From assembly GCA_001244265.2 (NCBI GenBank), contig CDLV01000004.1, positions 806,001 through 870,000 of the forward strand: a stretch of 64,000 nt of DNA, written 5' to 3'. Both the position numbers and the translations under genes were made by a program. Within the stretch, counting starts at the first letter, position 1. Every line of letters starts with the position of its first letter. The notes under the pieces were generated by a model that saw only the letters and a list, made by a program, of their open reading frames with translations, did no database searches and had not been told where the DNA came from. This document shows, piece by piece, positions 17,878 to 40,819 of this stretch. Source of the stretch: Microbotryum violaceum. Lineage: Eukaryota.

Positions 17878-20800
17878 TGTTAGAAGTGGGGTCTGAGAGC
17901 CTAACTCATTGCTATTAGTCTTGGTTAATACTTTATTCTGCGCGCGCGCCTATCTTTGTCTTTGCATCTTTTTTCCTTCTGGGTTCCTTCTCCACGCTAT
18001 TCTCATCATCTCACTCGTGTATCTCGGAGCTGAGTCGTGGAGTACCTCTTAGTCCTTGTTGCAACAGGTTATGAGCTCAACGGGCGAATCCGACTTCCCC
18101 AACGGGTCGGGCAATCACTTGTATCTCAAGGACACACAAGGGTACAGGAGCTGGTCACAACGTGCGTTTATCAATCTTCGAGCCGACAAAGTATGGGATG
18201 TCGTCAATCAATCCATCGACTCCCTTGTCGCGGACTATCGGTCCACGCTCGTTATCGCACATGCAACTGCGTTCGTCGCGCCAGTTGAACCAGCCTCCTC
18301 CGACTTTAGCGGGCTTGGGGGGGGCTCTGGTTCTGCGCACTCGGACGCCTCGCCCAGGCTCACCAGCGTTCAAGTTGCGGACAAGGTCGCGGAATATCGC
18401 GAACGGGTCATCCGCCGCAACGATTTGGCATGCAAGTACATCGCCAATTCGATCTCTGAGGAACAGATGTCTCACTTGATTCATCTTACCTCGGCGTACG
18501 AGATGTGGGACACCCTCCGTGGTCTCCACTCTCACGGTCGCCCGAGTCGCACTATGGACCTCCTCAACACTCTAGCGCAACCTTACTCTGGGGATATTCC
18601 TTTTAAGGAATTCGTCAACAAGGTCAAGATCGCCATGACCGATTTTCAGAACCTCGGAGCTCCGCTTCCGCATTGGCTGTTTGCAGGCATGCTCGTTTGG
18701 TCGCTCCCAGCCCAGTATGACTCGATCGTTGGGAACCTTGCCTCCGACATCGACATCCACATGGATTGGAACACGTTCTATCCGAAACTCCTGATGAACG
18801 TCGAAATGGCTGATTCCCGAAACAAACAAAAGGAATCGTTATCCGCGCGGATAGTTGACAATACTAGCCTCGTCACCCGTATTTCCACCACGGCGCAAAA
18901 GGACTATTCCAAGTCGTATTGTTCGCGCTGCAAAGCACTGGGACACGAGCGTGGTTGGCGTCTCTGTCCAAGCAGGAACAAGGATGCGAGCGCTCCCGCT
19001 TCCTCGGACTCAAATTCGAACGTAGCTGCCATTGGTGTAGATGAATCTGCATTGATGACCTACACTTTCCCCTATTCGTGAACGATGCCACGTTTTCCAT
19101 GGATCATTGACTCGGGTGCTAATGTCCATTGCGTTGGAGACAAGTCGGTCCTATCGGACGTTGTCTCTGAGCCTCTCAAAATTTCTGTCGCCAATCAATC
19201 TCAAATCGAATCTCCCGGTCATGGCTCAGTGACGTTTCTTACCTCATATGGCGCTCGTATCACCATTAAGAGGGTCTACTACATGCCCGGTGCTCAATGC
19301 GGTTTTATCTCCATCGACCGTCTGTTGGAATCGATGATGTACGCTGTTGGTCCCCAAAGCAATCTCATTTTCAGCATCCGCGGCAAGTCGATTCTGCGCT
19401 CGCTTCCTGGTCGGGGTTTGTCATGGATGCAGCTCCCGTTCAGCCTATCATGTCATCCTCACCGCCTTCAATGGTCGGAGCTAAGCGTCTCACTGGAACC
19501 TGTACGTTGATGGAAGCACATCGGAAGTTGGGCCATCAATCTCCTGCGGCGATCGTTTTGGCCGTCAAATCCGGGGCTATCACTGGCATCACTCTGAAGG
19601 ACGAAAAGGTTACTCCTTGCTTCTCGTGCATCCAGGCCAAGTCAAAGCGATCACCCTTCTCCAACAAGAGTACCGAAGCGCCTCATGCACTCTACCGCGT
19701 CTTCATCGATCTCGGGTTTGTCGAACATCCCAATCACCATGGCGATACTATCTATCTCGCTATCGTGGATCAATATTCGACGGCTAAATGGACGATCGTG
19801 CTAAAGGACAAGAGGGCTGAGACGATTATCGAAGCATGGTCGAAATTTCAAGCCGAGTCCGAGCGTCAAACGGGTCAGAACAGAAAATTCAAGAGGGTCA
19901 GATCGGACAATGGTCGTGAATTCGACAACTCATTGTTCCGGGCTCTTCTTGAAAAGCAGGGCATCATCGTGGAATTCACGGCCCCCTATACTCCGGAGCA
20001 AAATGGTCAAGTAGAGCGACTCAATGGATCTCTCATGGGTCTCGTTCGATCAATGCTCCTCGACTCCGGTCTTCCCATGCAATTCTGGTCAGATGCTCTG
20101 GCCGTCGCGACATTTGTTCTCAATCGTCGACCACATCCTCGTATTCAAGGAAAAACGGCAATCGAAGTTCTTCTTGGCAAGAAGCCTAGTCTTGCTCATC
20201 TTCAGCCATTCGGATCTACGGCGTTTGTCCACGTTCCCGAGGAGCGTCGCTCCAAGCTTGCACCTCGCTCCATTCAGGGAGTTTTCATCGGGTACTCCGG
20301 TGAATACAACTACCGTGTCTGGGTCCAATCGTCGAAACAGGTCTACGTTTCGCGTCACGTCACATTCCTTGAGACTCCTTCCGTCGTCACTTCGTCTCAA
20401 GATCGTGCGGACGCTTCTGATCCCGTTCATCATTCTCAACCTCCTCATCCTCCTCATCCTCCGCCAGATGTGTTGCCGTCTACACCAACTTCACCTGTTG
20501 TGGATCCAACTTTGCCGGATCCACAGCCTCCTCCGGTGGTTCCAATTGGAGTTGGTCAACAGGGGGGTATCTTGCAGTCGTTCCTCAAGAACCACTCGAC
20601 GGTGAGGCGGAAGTCGCTCTCGCTCCTCGTGAAGGTTACGCCATCGTTCGCACTGGTCCAAATCCTGGCCAATTCGAGAATGTTGATCCTTCCAACATCC
20701 TTCCTGCTGGTTCTCGTCGTCGACCTCAACCTCCGGAAAATATACTTCCCATCATTTCGGCTATCATGGTCGATGTCTTGGATACTCCACCCATGTTCCA

Positions 20801-22606
20801 CGACAAGCTTTCTTACGATGCCTACTGTGCTGCCGTGTTCGCCGAAGAAGACATCGAGATACCCAAGACATTCGAGGAAGCCATGAAGTCACCCTATCGC
20901 AACCATTGGAGTGCGGCAATGGTCTCAGAACTTCTACAATTCGATCATCATGGAGTCTTTCAGGAAGTCAAGTGGCACGAAGGAATTCGGGTACTCGGCA
21001 CGATCTGGGTCTACAGTATCAAGCGCGATGCAAACGGCAAAATCATTTGTTTCAAAGCTCGTCTCGTTGCTCAAGTATTTGCTCAACACCCAGGCATCAA
21101 CTACCATGACACCTACGCTCCTGTCGCTCGTTCTTCAACAATTTTGTTCTTGATTGCTCTGGCTGCTGCTCAGGGCCTGTATCTCGAACAGTTCGATTTC
21201 GACTGCGCCTTTCTCAACGGCAAGATGACCGAGGATGTCTATGTTCGATACCCAAAAGGATGGAATCATCCTCAATCCCCTGGCAAGTGCCTCAAGCTCG
21301 TGGGTTCCATGTATGGCACCAAACAGGCGCCCCGTGAATGGTATCAAGCCGTCAACAATCTCATGGTGTCTCAAGGCTACATGAGGGCAACTGCCGATGC
21401 TTGCCTCTACATCAAACATTCGGGCACTTCGTTTGCTATCATCACTCTCTATGTTGACGACGGTCTCATCGCGTCCAACAATCAGTCCTTCTTGGACTCC
21501 GAGCTCGGATCGCTTCACAAGGCCTTCCAGCTCAAGCGTCTCGGACCCGTCTCCTACTTCCTGGGCTTCGAAATTCATCGCACCAAAGATTACATCCTCG
21601 TTCACCAAAGCAAGTATGTCCGCACTATGCTCGAGAAGTTCGATTTCGCTTCTCCATCCAAGCGCCGTGCAATCACGCCCATGGACGATCGCCCCTCGCT
21701 TCGAATCAATGCTACTCCGTTTGCCAATGTGTCATTGTACCAATCGGCTGTGGGTTCCCTGCAGTACGCGTCCACTCGATGTCGACCCGATATCGCGATT
21801 GCTGTTCGTGCCGTTGCTCAAAAGAACTCCTGTCCAACTGTCGATGATTGGGCTGCGGTCAAGCGTATATTTCGCTACCTCAACAGCACCATCGATTTGG
21901 GAATTCTTTATCGAAACAGTTTCACAACTCGATTGATGGTCTACTCCGATGCCTCGTTTGCGGATGACCCGGAATCTTGCAGATCGGTGGGAGCCTATGC
22001 ATCAATGCTCGCTGGCGGCGTTATCTCCTGGCAGTCGAAGCAACAATCTATGATCGCTACATCCACTACCGAAGCCGAAATCCTCTCTGCATCCTCAGCC
22101 ACTCGTGAAGCAATCTGGCTCCGTCGTTTGGCTGGTGATGTCGGCATTCCACAAGCACAGCCTACTATCATTCAAGAGGACAACGCCGCATGCATCCAGA
22201 TCGCCAAGGATCCGGTCGATCACATGCGAACCAAGCACTTCGACATTTCTCATTTGTTCGTTTGAGAACGGGTTGCTTCTGGCGAGGTCGAACTTGAATA
22301 CTGCCCTACCCACGTCAATGCCGCGGATATTATGACGAAGCCTTTGGGATTTCAACGCTTTGATCAACTTCGTGCGCTACTTGGAATGGTCTCGTTAGTC
22401 TCTTTGACCGGTGGGAGTGTTAGAAGTGGGGTCTGAGAGCCTAACTCATTGCTATTAGTCTTGGTTAATACTTTATTTTGCGCGCGCGCCTATCTTTGTC
22501 TTTGCGTCTTTTTTCCTTCTGGGTTCCTTCTCCACACTATTCTCATCATCTCACTCGTGTATCTCGGAGCTGAGTCGTGGAGTACCTCTTAGTCTTTGTT
22601 GCAACA
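17878..22606 (+). mobile_element. Ty1/copia element A, full length, degenerate
   Basis: 189-bp LTRs 17878-18066 and 22418-22606; PBS GGTTATGAGC; gag, WIIDSGA protease, integrase SDNGREF, RT YVDD, RNase H; several frameshifts and stops. Flanks CTCCC/GTCAG do not match. Confidence 0.95.
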
Positions 22607-23355
22607 GTCAGCATCATCAGACGGGCGACGGGAGGCGACGGGAGGCGGTGCTCTACCGTCGCCAGCAATAGGAGCTGGTGCTTGACCGTTGGGAACAACA
22701 GGAGCTGGCGCTCGACCGTTGGGGACAATAGGAGCAAGCTCTTGACCATTACTGTGTTGAACTCTACCGCCATTGTCTGGAGGGCGCTCGCGACCAGGCG
22801 CAGCGGGAGTGTGCTCACAATCAGGAGACATTGCTCAACCGACCGGATGAGGGGTTGCATCTCGACCATCGCCACCCGCAGCCAACGCTCGACGGGCAGC
22901 AACAGGAGTCGTCGCTTGGTCGTCGGCACCAGGAGCATGGGCTCGACCGGCCCCGTCGGGAGCGAAATCTTGGTCGACAGCATTGTCGCCATCGAGGTTG
23001 AGGTTGAGGAGGGTGCCCGGGTCGGCCGGAGCGTCGCCGAAGATTGTAGTCGGCGCATCCTCGCGAAGGGCAGCTTCGTCTGACTCCCCCCGTTGAATCT
23101 CGAAAGAGCTCTCGTCGAAATTCGCGTCATCTGATACAAACACCGTGTTGGTGTCGGGCCGCCAGAACATCCATCCCTGGTCCGCATAGCCAATGAAGCG
23201 AGCCTTGACCCGGGCGGTTCGATCTTCGAGGGACGACGTTCCGGCGCAATCCTGACGTATGCCACGCAACCCCATACGCAAACGCGCGAAACATTGGGCT
23301 TGCGAAGGTGGTACATTTCGAAAGGTGTCGAGCCTGGTAACGCGGCGGTAGTTTT

Positions 23356-25441
23356 TGTCATTATATGGTTGCATCGTCCTTCAGTCTACGTATAGTACCT
23401 GTTATGGTACTTCATCTTGAGCCTCTAGCGACTTCATGAAGCCCTTCAGCACCTCATTTGTCTTACCCTTTTTTAGTCACTATTAGCTCTTTATTATCTC
23501 CGCTTATCATCCCTTCCTAGTCCTTCTGGAGTTTGTCCCTTAGCCTTTGGCCACTCTGTTCTCGTCCCGTTCCATTGGACTGAGTCGTGGTCTTCATCAG
23601 GTATGCATTCTCTGGAATCCTACTTACTCTGTTCTCGTCCCGTTCCATTGGACTGAGTCGTGGTCTTCATCAGTTACCACATGAGAACATTTTGACAATA
23701 GGTTATGAGCCCAACGAGCTACCAAGCTGCTCTCGAGCCTTCGTCTTCCGCCCTCATCTCTAGGATCCACCTTAGCGACAATCCGAACTCGTACAAAGAA
23801 TGGTCCGTCTGGATCAGCAACTATCTTCGTCGCAAGAAATGTTTGGATGTCACAACTGTGGGCATTCCTGCCCTGCTAGCGATCTATGAGGCCGCCCTTG
23901 TCACCCCATCCACTTCGCAAGCAACCTCCGCAGGCGCAAAGATTTCACCCGCCGCGCCTCGCGCGCTCACCTCTGCTCAGCAAGGACTTGTCAACATCTA
24001 CACCCTTGATCTTGAAGCCAAGGATGACAAAGCTGCTGAGTTGATCAACAACACAATTACCGGTTCTCAAATGAAGATTATCAAGAATTGTGTTTCAGCC
24101 CATGAGATGTGGACCGCCCTACGGATTCACCACACCAAAGGCGCTGAAGCTCGCTTCATCCAGCTCATCCCCGTCATCTTCCGGAGCACGTTCACGCGTT
24201 CCAACACGTCCAATTTCAAGTCGTTTGTTTCCAACTTCCTAAACGCCGTTGAGGAAATCTCCACTATGGGTGTTCCACTGCCTGGTTTTGCGCAAGCCGC
24301 TCTACTCGTCCATTCGCTTCCGCCCGAATGGGAAAGTATTGCAAGTAGCCTTACTACCAACCTCACCCTCGCTACAGACATTGATTCGTTCATTGCTGTC
24401 CTCTACGCTCAAGTTGATCGCAAAATGGCCTCGTCTTCTACTACTCATGGAGCCGAGCGCCACGCTTACGGGGGATTGAATCTGCGCTGGCTATGTCCGC
24501 GCAAAGTCACGATCACTCCAAGGTTCACTGCAAGAGTTGCAACGTTATGGGGCATAGTTCCAAGTGGGCTGGTTGCCCTTCCCTCAAGAAAGCGCAAGCA
24601 GTCAAGGAGGAAGCAGCCAAAGCTATGTTTGTTAACAGCGCTTTCTGTCACTCGCTTTAATCGTCACAAGTCCTCATCCTCACAAGTCCTCGTCGTATCG
24701 GTCTTCTTCAAGCCGATCACCCGTCCAAGTTTCGTATCGGTGTCTCTTCATCAGCCCGATCAACCGTCAAGTCGTATTGGTATTCTTGCCAATCACCGTC
24801 CCCGTCTGCGAACATGATGGCTTCGTACACCAGCCCTTCGCTCCAAGTCCAAGTAGTGCCAACTAGTCCACCAGCGTACTCTGGTTTGTTGGCTTCCGTC
24901 CCCGCATTTGGTTATACTGGTCCCTTTCAGATCAGTTCTCCATCCCGTTTTATGGCGTCATTGTCCGTCATACCGCCACCCGTCTTCGGCCCCTTTTACC
25001 CGAACAAGTCCCGTCGCTTTCGGCTTTACCCGATCTCGTCAAAAGTCTTCGACCATGTACCGTTTACTCCATCTTCGGACCTTCCAACCGGGGGAGTGTC
25101 ATTATATGGTTGCATCGTCCTTCAGTCTACGTATAGTACCTGTTATGGTACTTCATCTTGAGCCTCTAGCGACTTCATGAAGCCCTTCAGCACCTCATTT
25201 GTCTTACCCTTTTTTAGTCACTATTAGCTCTTTATTATCTCCGCTTATCATCCCTTCCTAGTCCTTCTGGAGTTTGTCCCTTAGCCTTTGGCCACTCTGT
25301 TCTCGTCCCGTTCCATTGGACTGAGTCGTGGTCTTCATCAGGTATGCATTCTCTGGAATCCTACTTACTCTGTTCTCGTCCCGTTCCATTGGACTGAGTC
25401 GTGGTCTTCATCAGTTACCACATGAGAACATTTTGACAATA
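23356..25441 (+). mobile_element. gag-only non-autonomous copia-type LTR element C (TR-GAG-like)
   Basis: 345-bp LTRs 23356-23700 and 25097-25441 that look identical by eye; TSD GTTTT; PBS GGTTATGAGCCC; PPT GGGGGAG; gag ORF 23705-24817; no PR/INT/RT motifs seen. Confidence 0.92.
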
Positions 25442-27067
25442 GTTTTACGATTGCTCACATAAGTAAATGCGTTTGATGTGAATGCCCAGAAGGACAGTGG
25501 CAACCCTGAGACCAGCAGCCAGATCCGCACCGTCTCGAACATGGTGCGCCATCCCCGTTCGACGAGGCCGTTCTGGTAGTGCGCGCAAGGTACTGTGGTT
25601 CTGTGCTCAATCCCTCGATCCTTGAAGAAGACCTTCAGGGCGTTGTTCATGAACTCCCCACCGTTGTTGGAGTGAAAAACAGACACGTTGCAGTCACGAC
25701 TTTGTTCCATTCTTCGGATGAATTCAATGACTGTGGTCGTCACGTCAGACTTCTCGGCAATTGGAACACTCCATCGAAAACACGAGTAGTCGTCAACTAG
25801 GCCAAGGACCATGACCTCGCCACTGAAGCTTTCATGACAAACGGGACCCCATAGGTCGGTGTGAATTGTGTGGAGTGGCTTGTCGGCGCGAGAGGCAGGC
25901 CCCTTGGGAATGTTGGCATGAAACCCTCTTCCTTGCATGCAACCCGCACATTGAGCTACGTCAAAATCCCCCCCCCCCCCCCCCCCCCCCCCCCCTTTTT
26001 GTTCAAACCCATGATAGTCCCTTTCCGATCCATCTCCAGCCAACAGGGCAGATTCAAATGACTGAATTGTTGATGCCATATTTCGCGATCTGCGGAGTTG
26101 GAGCGTTCGGAGACCGTCAGTGTATGGGCTTCAACTGGGTTGCAGGTATAGAGACGAGCCTGAAAAATGTATTTTGAACCGACGAGCTTGGCGATCGCAA
26201 ACGTCTTGCCATTTTGAACGAACTCGCAGCGATCGTGTTCCATCTCGATACGTACACTTTGCTTGCAAAGTGATGGTCCTGAGATGAGGTTGACGACGAA
26301 TCCAGGAACGTGCAGGACGCGAGCAATTGACATGTTGGACACGGTGCCGTTGGCGAGCTTGAACTCGGCCTTGAGCGTGCCTCGCCCGATTGCCGGAGTG
26401 CGGTTTCCCGTTGCATCAACCATCACAGTAGGAGAATCCAAGTCTTCGTAATCATAAAGGAGCGACTTGTCGTTGACAAGAGACGCAGTGGCTCCAGTAT
26501 CAAAAATGAGCTCCGGATTCTCCTTGGAGGTGACGGCGCGGAATACCATCTCCTCGTTGACTTCCAATGCGTAATTTGTGAAGTGGTACGAGGTGCCCAT
26601 TCTATCGGCAAGGCTCATCGGGATGGGGTCTTCCACGAAGTGAAAGGCGTGTCCTCGGAGCGGGACGTTGATTTGAAGTGATTGTAGGTATCGCATTCTG
26701 TTGCCGGCCGGGTCCTTCGAGGTGCAACCAGCTTTCCGGTGGCCAAACCCGAAACAGTTGAGGCATTGGTTGTTTGCGCAGACAAACTTTCCATCTGCAA
26801 TCTTGCCCCATTTGTCCGCATTTGCGTAGTGCTCCGCGCGACTCTTTGCGGCTCCTCTACTACGATGGTTGCCCATCGAGCGGTGGCTGTTCCTGGCGGG
26901 TCCGGCTTGGCTTCCGGTTTGTCCCATCGCAGCGAAGACGTGATCCTGATTGCCACAAGCGCAGTTCCCATTACAAGACGGTACCTGTCCCTGGGCGGTG
27001 TCTTGGCGCGACGCGAAAAACGCGCTAGCCGGTTGCTCGGCGCGTGGGCTGACATCGGCACCATTCA

Positions 27068-36476
<9,409 letters not shown>

Positions 36477-37310
36477 TCACACAGATGCATTTCACAGCCC
36501 AACGTAAGTCACCGCCGGTTCATCTTCGAGCCGCTCGGTCGCTTTTCGACATCAGAGCCTTGGAGTCAGGGGCTCAGCTGAGTCGCTCGCGGTTCACTGA
36601 CAATGTCCCCGACAGCTTACCATAGCAGCCGGTCTGGGACAATCGCTCTCTCTCGGCTACTTGCTAACTATTAGTACTAAAGTCCCAAACATAGAGCAGG
36701 CCATTGACACGCTCTATTGGCCCCAGACAGAATGAAGCGTTGGCCGTCATCGGGCGCAGCCACCACGTCCGGTAGGTGCCTTGTATGCGCGTCTAGAGCA
36801 GTTTTGAGTAGCAGATGTCATATTGCGTTTTTTGTTTAGCCTTGTACTGTATTGCATGTGAAAACCGCACCCGATTACAGCGAGAGAACGACCGCAAAAG
36901 TGATTACAAATGAATCAAGCATTACGAGTATGCATAAGTAAAAATTAATTTGTCTACTAATCGATACCACAACTATCCTGGCACCATCTCGGGATCATCC
37001 TGGGACCCAGGACTATCCCGCGCGCCGTCCCAGCACCGTGCCCAGACCGCCGTCAATTCCTGGACCATCCAGGATCATCCCAGGATCGGCGCGGGTCCCG
37101 GATGGTCCCCGGACGGTCCCAGCATTGGTGCGCCTGTCGCTGGGACGGTCCCGGTATGGTCGCAGAGTTAAGGCGCCCAACTCTGGTAGTGCGCCGTGAT
37201 CGCGTGATCGTCCACGGTCATCCCAGGATGGCAACCATCCCTCGGCCATCCCACGGCCGTCCCAGCCCCGTCCCAAAGCCATCCCCAAAATATCCATCTT
37301 TTTTGCTATG

Positions 37311-38545
37311 AACATGCCCTGAATACTGGAGTGTCCCGTCCTCCCAAGCGTTCAAAGTCCCAGTAGAAGGCGCTACACTTGCGATACAGAAGATCCATTG
37401 CACCTAAGTCGTGTCGAGGGTAGGCTCCCGGCAGTGGACGCAGTGCAATCGGTGACTGTGCGGCGGGTGGATGTCGCCGTGCGCGAACTGAACGCGCTTC
37501 CAGAGGTTCCGGACTGAGGTCGTCGCTGCGGGATAGAGTTGACATCGGGTGTTGGCTGGGGTGGAGACGTTTGTCCAACGCAATCATTTTGCCCTGATCT
37601 CCTGGAGGTGGACTGAGTCGTCGATGTGGATTTGGCAAAGGCAGGGTCGGGCGGAAAACTGTGCGGGACCGGAACGGAACGCTCTCGTCGACATCGAAGA
37701 ACGGCAGAGAACGGGAGACAAACCACGTGGCGTGACGTCATAAGCAGCTCTCGGTCCACAGGCCCCAGCTCGCTAGCGCTGTTTCCGATTCGCTTACGTT
37801 CGCCGAGGTTTTATTTCCCATTAAAGCAGCCTGGCGCGTGACCTTCTGCTTCCCGAAGCAGACTAAGACGACCTGTTTTGCGTGTCTACCACATCGTATC
37901 CTTAAAACTTCTAATCGACGTTATGAAATGAATCCACCGCCAGTGAGCACGGCGTCTCGGAGGTCTGAAGGCCAGCAACGACGAAGGCTCGAGCGAGATT
38001 GTTCCGGTCCGGTCCCACATAGTTCTTCGCCGAACCCTGCCTCTACCGCGTCAACATCGACGAATCATTCTACTTCCAGAAGATCTAGGGCACAACAATT
38101 GCGGAGACCCAGGGAAAGGCAGCAAATTGATTCTATCAATCAATCACCTCCACCCCAGCCAACGCCCGACGTCCACTCTTTCCCGGTGTATGTCGCCGCA
38201 CAATCACCGATTGCACTGCGTCCACTGCCGGAGGATCAACTTCATCCAACAGATCCACCGCCTGTGAACGCTGCGATCTCTCGAAGGTCTCAAGGTCAGC
38301 AAAGACGTCGTCAACGGGAAAGGCTTGAGGGATGAAGTTGAACCTCCGGCAGTGGACGCAGTGCCATCGGTGACTGTGTGGCGGCTGGACGTCGGCGTGC
38401 ACTAGATCTTCTGGAAGTAGAATGATTCGTAGATGTTGATGCGGTAGAGGCAGGGTTCTGCGAAGAACTGTGTGGGACCGGACCGGAGTGCTCTCGCTCG
38501 AGCCTTCGTCGCTGCTGGCCTTCAGACCTCCGAGACGTCGTGCAA
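37311..38545. mobile_element. Helitron Rep N-terminal fragments in alternating orientation
   Basis: Minus ORF PRHDLGAMDLLYRKCSAFYWDFER..PVFRAC is a degenerate Helitron N-terminal Zn motif. 37950-38090 is inverted at 38401-38542, with a diverged copy at about 37430-37700. Confidence 0.7.
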
Positions 38546-38984
38546 CTATCAGTATTCTGTAAGGCGCGCGCCTCACTACGGCCACAGGTATTAGAAATAG
38601 AGATCGCGCGCACCTAGCTTCTTCAGTTCCCTCCCCATCGGGCTGACACCAGAAGTTAGGTGAGTACTGGTGCTCCATATCTCAGCACTCTCGTATATCG
38701 GGCTGACACCAGAATCTAGTTGCAATCCATATAACTTGCACCTGTCAGCTAGGTCGCCAGTGAGGCTCGAGAGCGATCTCGTGCCTTTCATATTCTTGCT
38801 GTTGTCCATCTGTAGCAATGGCAGTAAAGACGCACATCTAGTGTCCCAATGACCCGGATTCTCAACCGTACAAAGTCAATCCTTTGACACGTTGGCGGTG
38901 AGAATGCCTGCTGCCGGTGCAGATAGACTTGACGAACCAGTTTGCGCGACGTCGTGTTGATCTATTTCGCGCTGCTGCTGCCCG

Positions 38985-40290
38985 CGAAGGCGTCCGAATC
39001 CGCGCTGTAGAACGTTTGAGCGTAAGAGCCAATCTGCAAAGTCCTGTACGTTTGCCCGTTCCGTTTCGGTCATGCGGTCTGCAGCGGCCAGAAGACGCAT
39101 TGTTGGTCTGCGCTCGCACCGTGCCGCTGTTAGTATAGGGTCTAAAAGTCAGGCAAGGACTACTACTTACAGAGAGATGCGGCACCTCAACTTTCCCCCT
39201 AGAAGTCAGCTTTCATGATGCAAGCGTCGACAATTTGTGTAGGCGATGACTTGAGAACAACGGGAAGGCATGGCTTCGGATCCCCTGTGGTGTTACAGTC
39301 GAACCGGTCAGTTAGTCATGCTGCCCTGCGCCTTGCTTTTGAAAGGTTGGCACATACCTGCCAACACGACGGTCACTCCGCCGAACCGAGCCGTGAAATA
39401 ACGGGAAGGCATTGCTTCGGATTTCCTGTGATGTTACAGTCCAACCGGTCATTAGTCACGCTGCCCTGCGCTTTGCTTTTGAAAGATCGGCACGCACCTG
39501 CCAACACGACGGTCACTACACCGAACCGAGCCGTTGAGGATCTGCCACGGGATCTATACTGCATGCTGCACACATTTTTTGAGTTATTCCCAACAATGCC
39601 TTCCCGTTATTCCCAAGTCATCGCCTGCACAAATTGTCAACGCTTGCATCATAGAATGCAGACTTCTGGGGGGAATTTGAGGTGCTGCATCTCTGTAAGT
39701 AGCAGTCCTTGCCTGCTTTTAGACCCTATATACTAACAGCGGCACGGTGCAAGCGCAGACAAACATGCGGACGTCGAACCGGCCCGAACTATGCTCGAGA
39801 CAAATCGGCCTCGAGCTCGCAACACCCGAAGGGGTCCTCGTGGAAGCTCTGCAACGAATACGGGATGACTTGAGAACAACGGGAAGGCATGGCTTCGGAT
39901 CCCCTGTGGTGTTACAGTCGAACCGGTCAGTTAGTCATGCTGCCCTGCGCCTTGCTTTTGAAAGGTTGGCACATACCTGCCAACACGACGGTCACTCCAC
40001 CGAACCGAGCCGTGAAATAACGGGAAGGCATTGCTTCGGATTTCCTGTGATGTTACAGTCCAACCGGTCATTAGTCACGCTGCCCTGCGTTTTGCTTTTG
40101 AAAGATTGGCACACCCCTGCCAACGCGATGGTCACCCCACCGAACCAAGACGTTGAGGATCTGCCACGGGATGGTGAGCCGCAAGTCACGCAATCAGAGC
40201 CTGTTTTCTTGCGTGATTCGACTATCGGTATTCTTGCTGTTGTCCAGTGTAGCAATGGCAGTGAAGACTCACATTTTGTGTTCCTACTAG
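38985..40290. mobile_element. Helitron PIF1-like helicase fragments, duplicated and inverted
   Basis: Minus-strand remnants GDPK/GNPKQCLPV, QIVDACI and NMRL..FADWLLR. Direct duplication about 39246-39553/39864-40172; inverted duplication about 39097-39272/39594-39768. Confidence 0.75.
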
Positions 40291-40819
40291 ATAGATTAGA
40301 TAAGTTTTAAGAATTTAAGGATAGGGTAAATCGATTCGGCGTCAGGCGGCGCAACGAGGGCGCGTGGCCTTGTACGACATTGATGAGTCGAAGAGGGGGT
40401 TTGACGACATGGTGTTGGAGTGGTGAAGACCGTTTAGGACTTGCAAGTGCACGGAAGGAAGGAAAGAGAGAATCGGGTTGAACAGCCCTATCTATTCATG
40501 GGCGCGGGCAACGTCTACGAGCGCGAGCGCAGTAAACAACAAACATTGCGCTTGGACCGCGCCAGCGTTGGTCACGGGCTGTGGCGACGCACCCGACAGA
40601 CGCGCGTCGAGACAGGGAGGCCGAAACGCGCGGCCGAATTAGGCGGCAGAAATCGGTCCAGAACTCGCGCGCAAGGACAATAAAAAGCTGGAGCGTGTGG
40701 ATAGCCCGCCGAATCAGCCCTGCCCGACCGGAGTGTGCAAGTCGGAACGCCGACCCGACCCGACCCAACCCCAAGATACCCACCCCATCCGACGCTCTAT
40801 CCTCTCGCGGCTCAATCCT

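Noticed and set aside
39215-40310. 173-aa and 187-aa repeat-containing plus-strand ORFs
   Set aside because: They are the antisense of duplicated Helitron helicase fragments.
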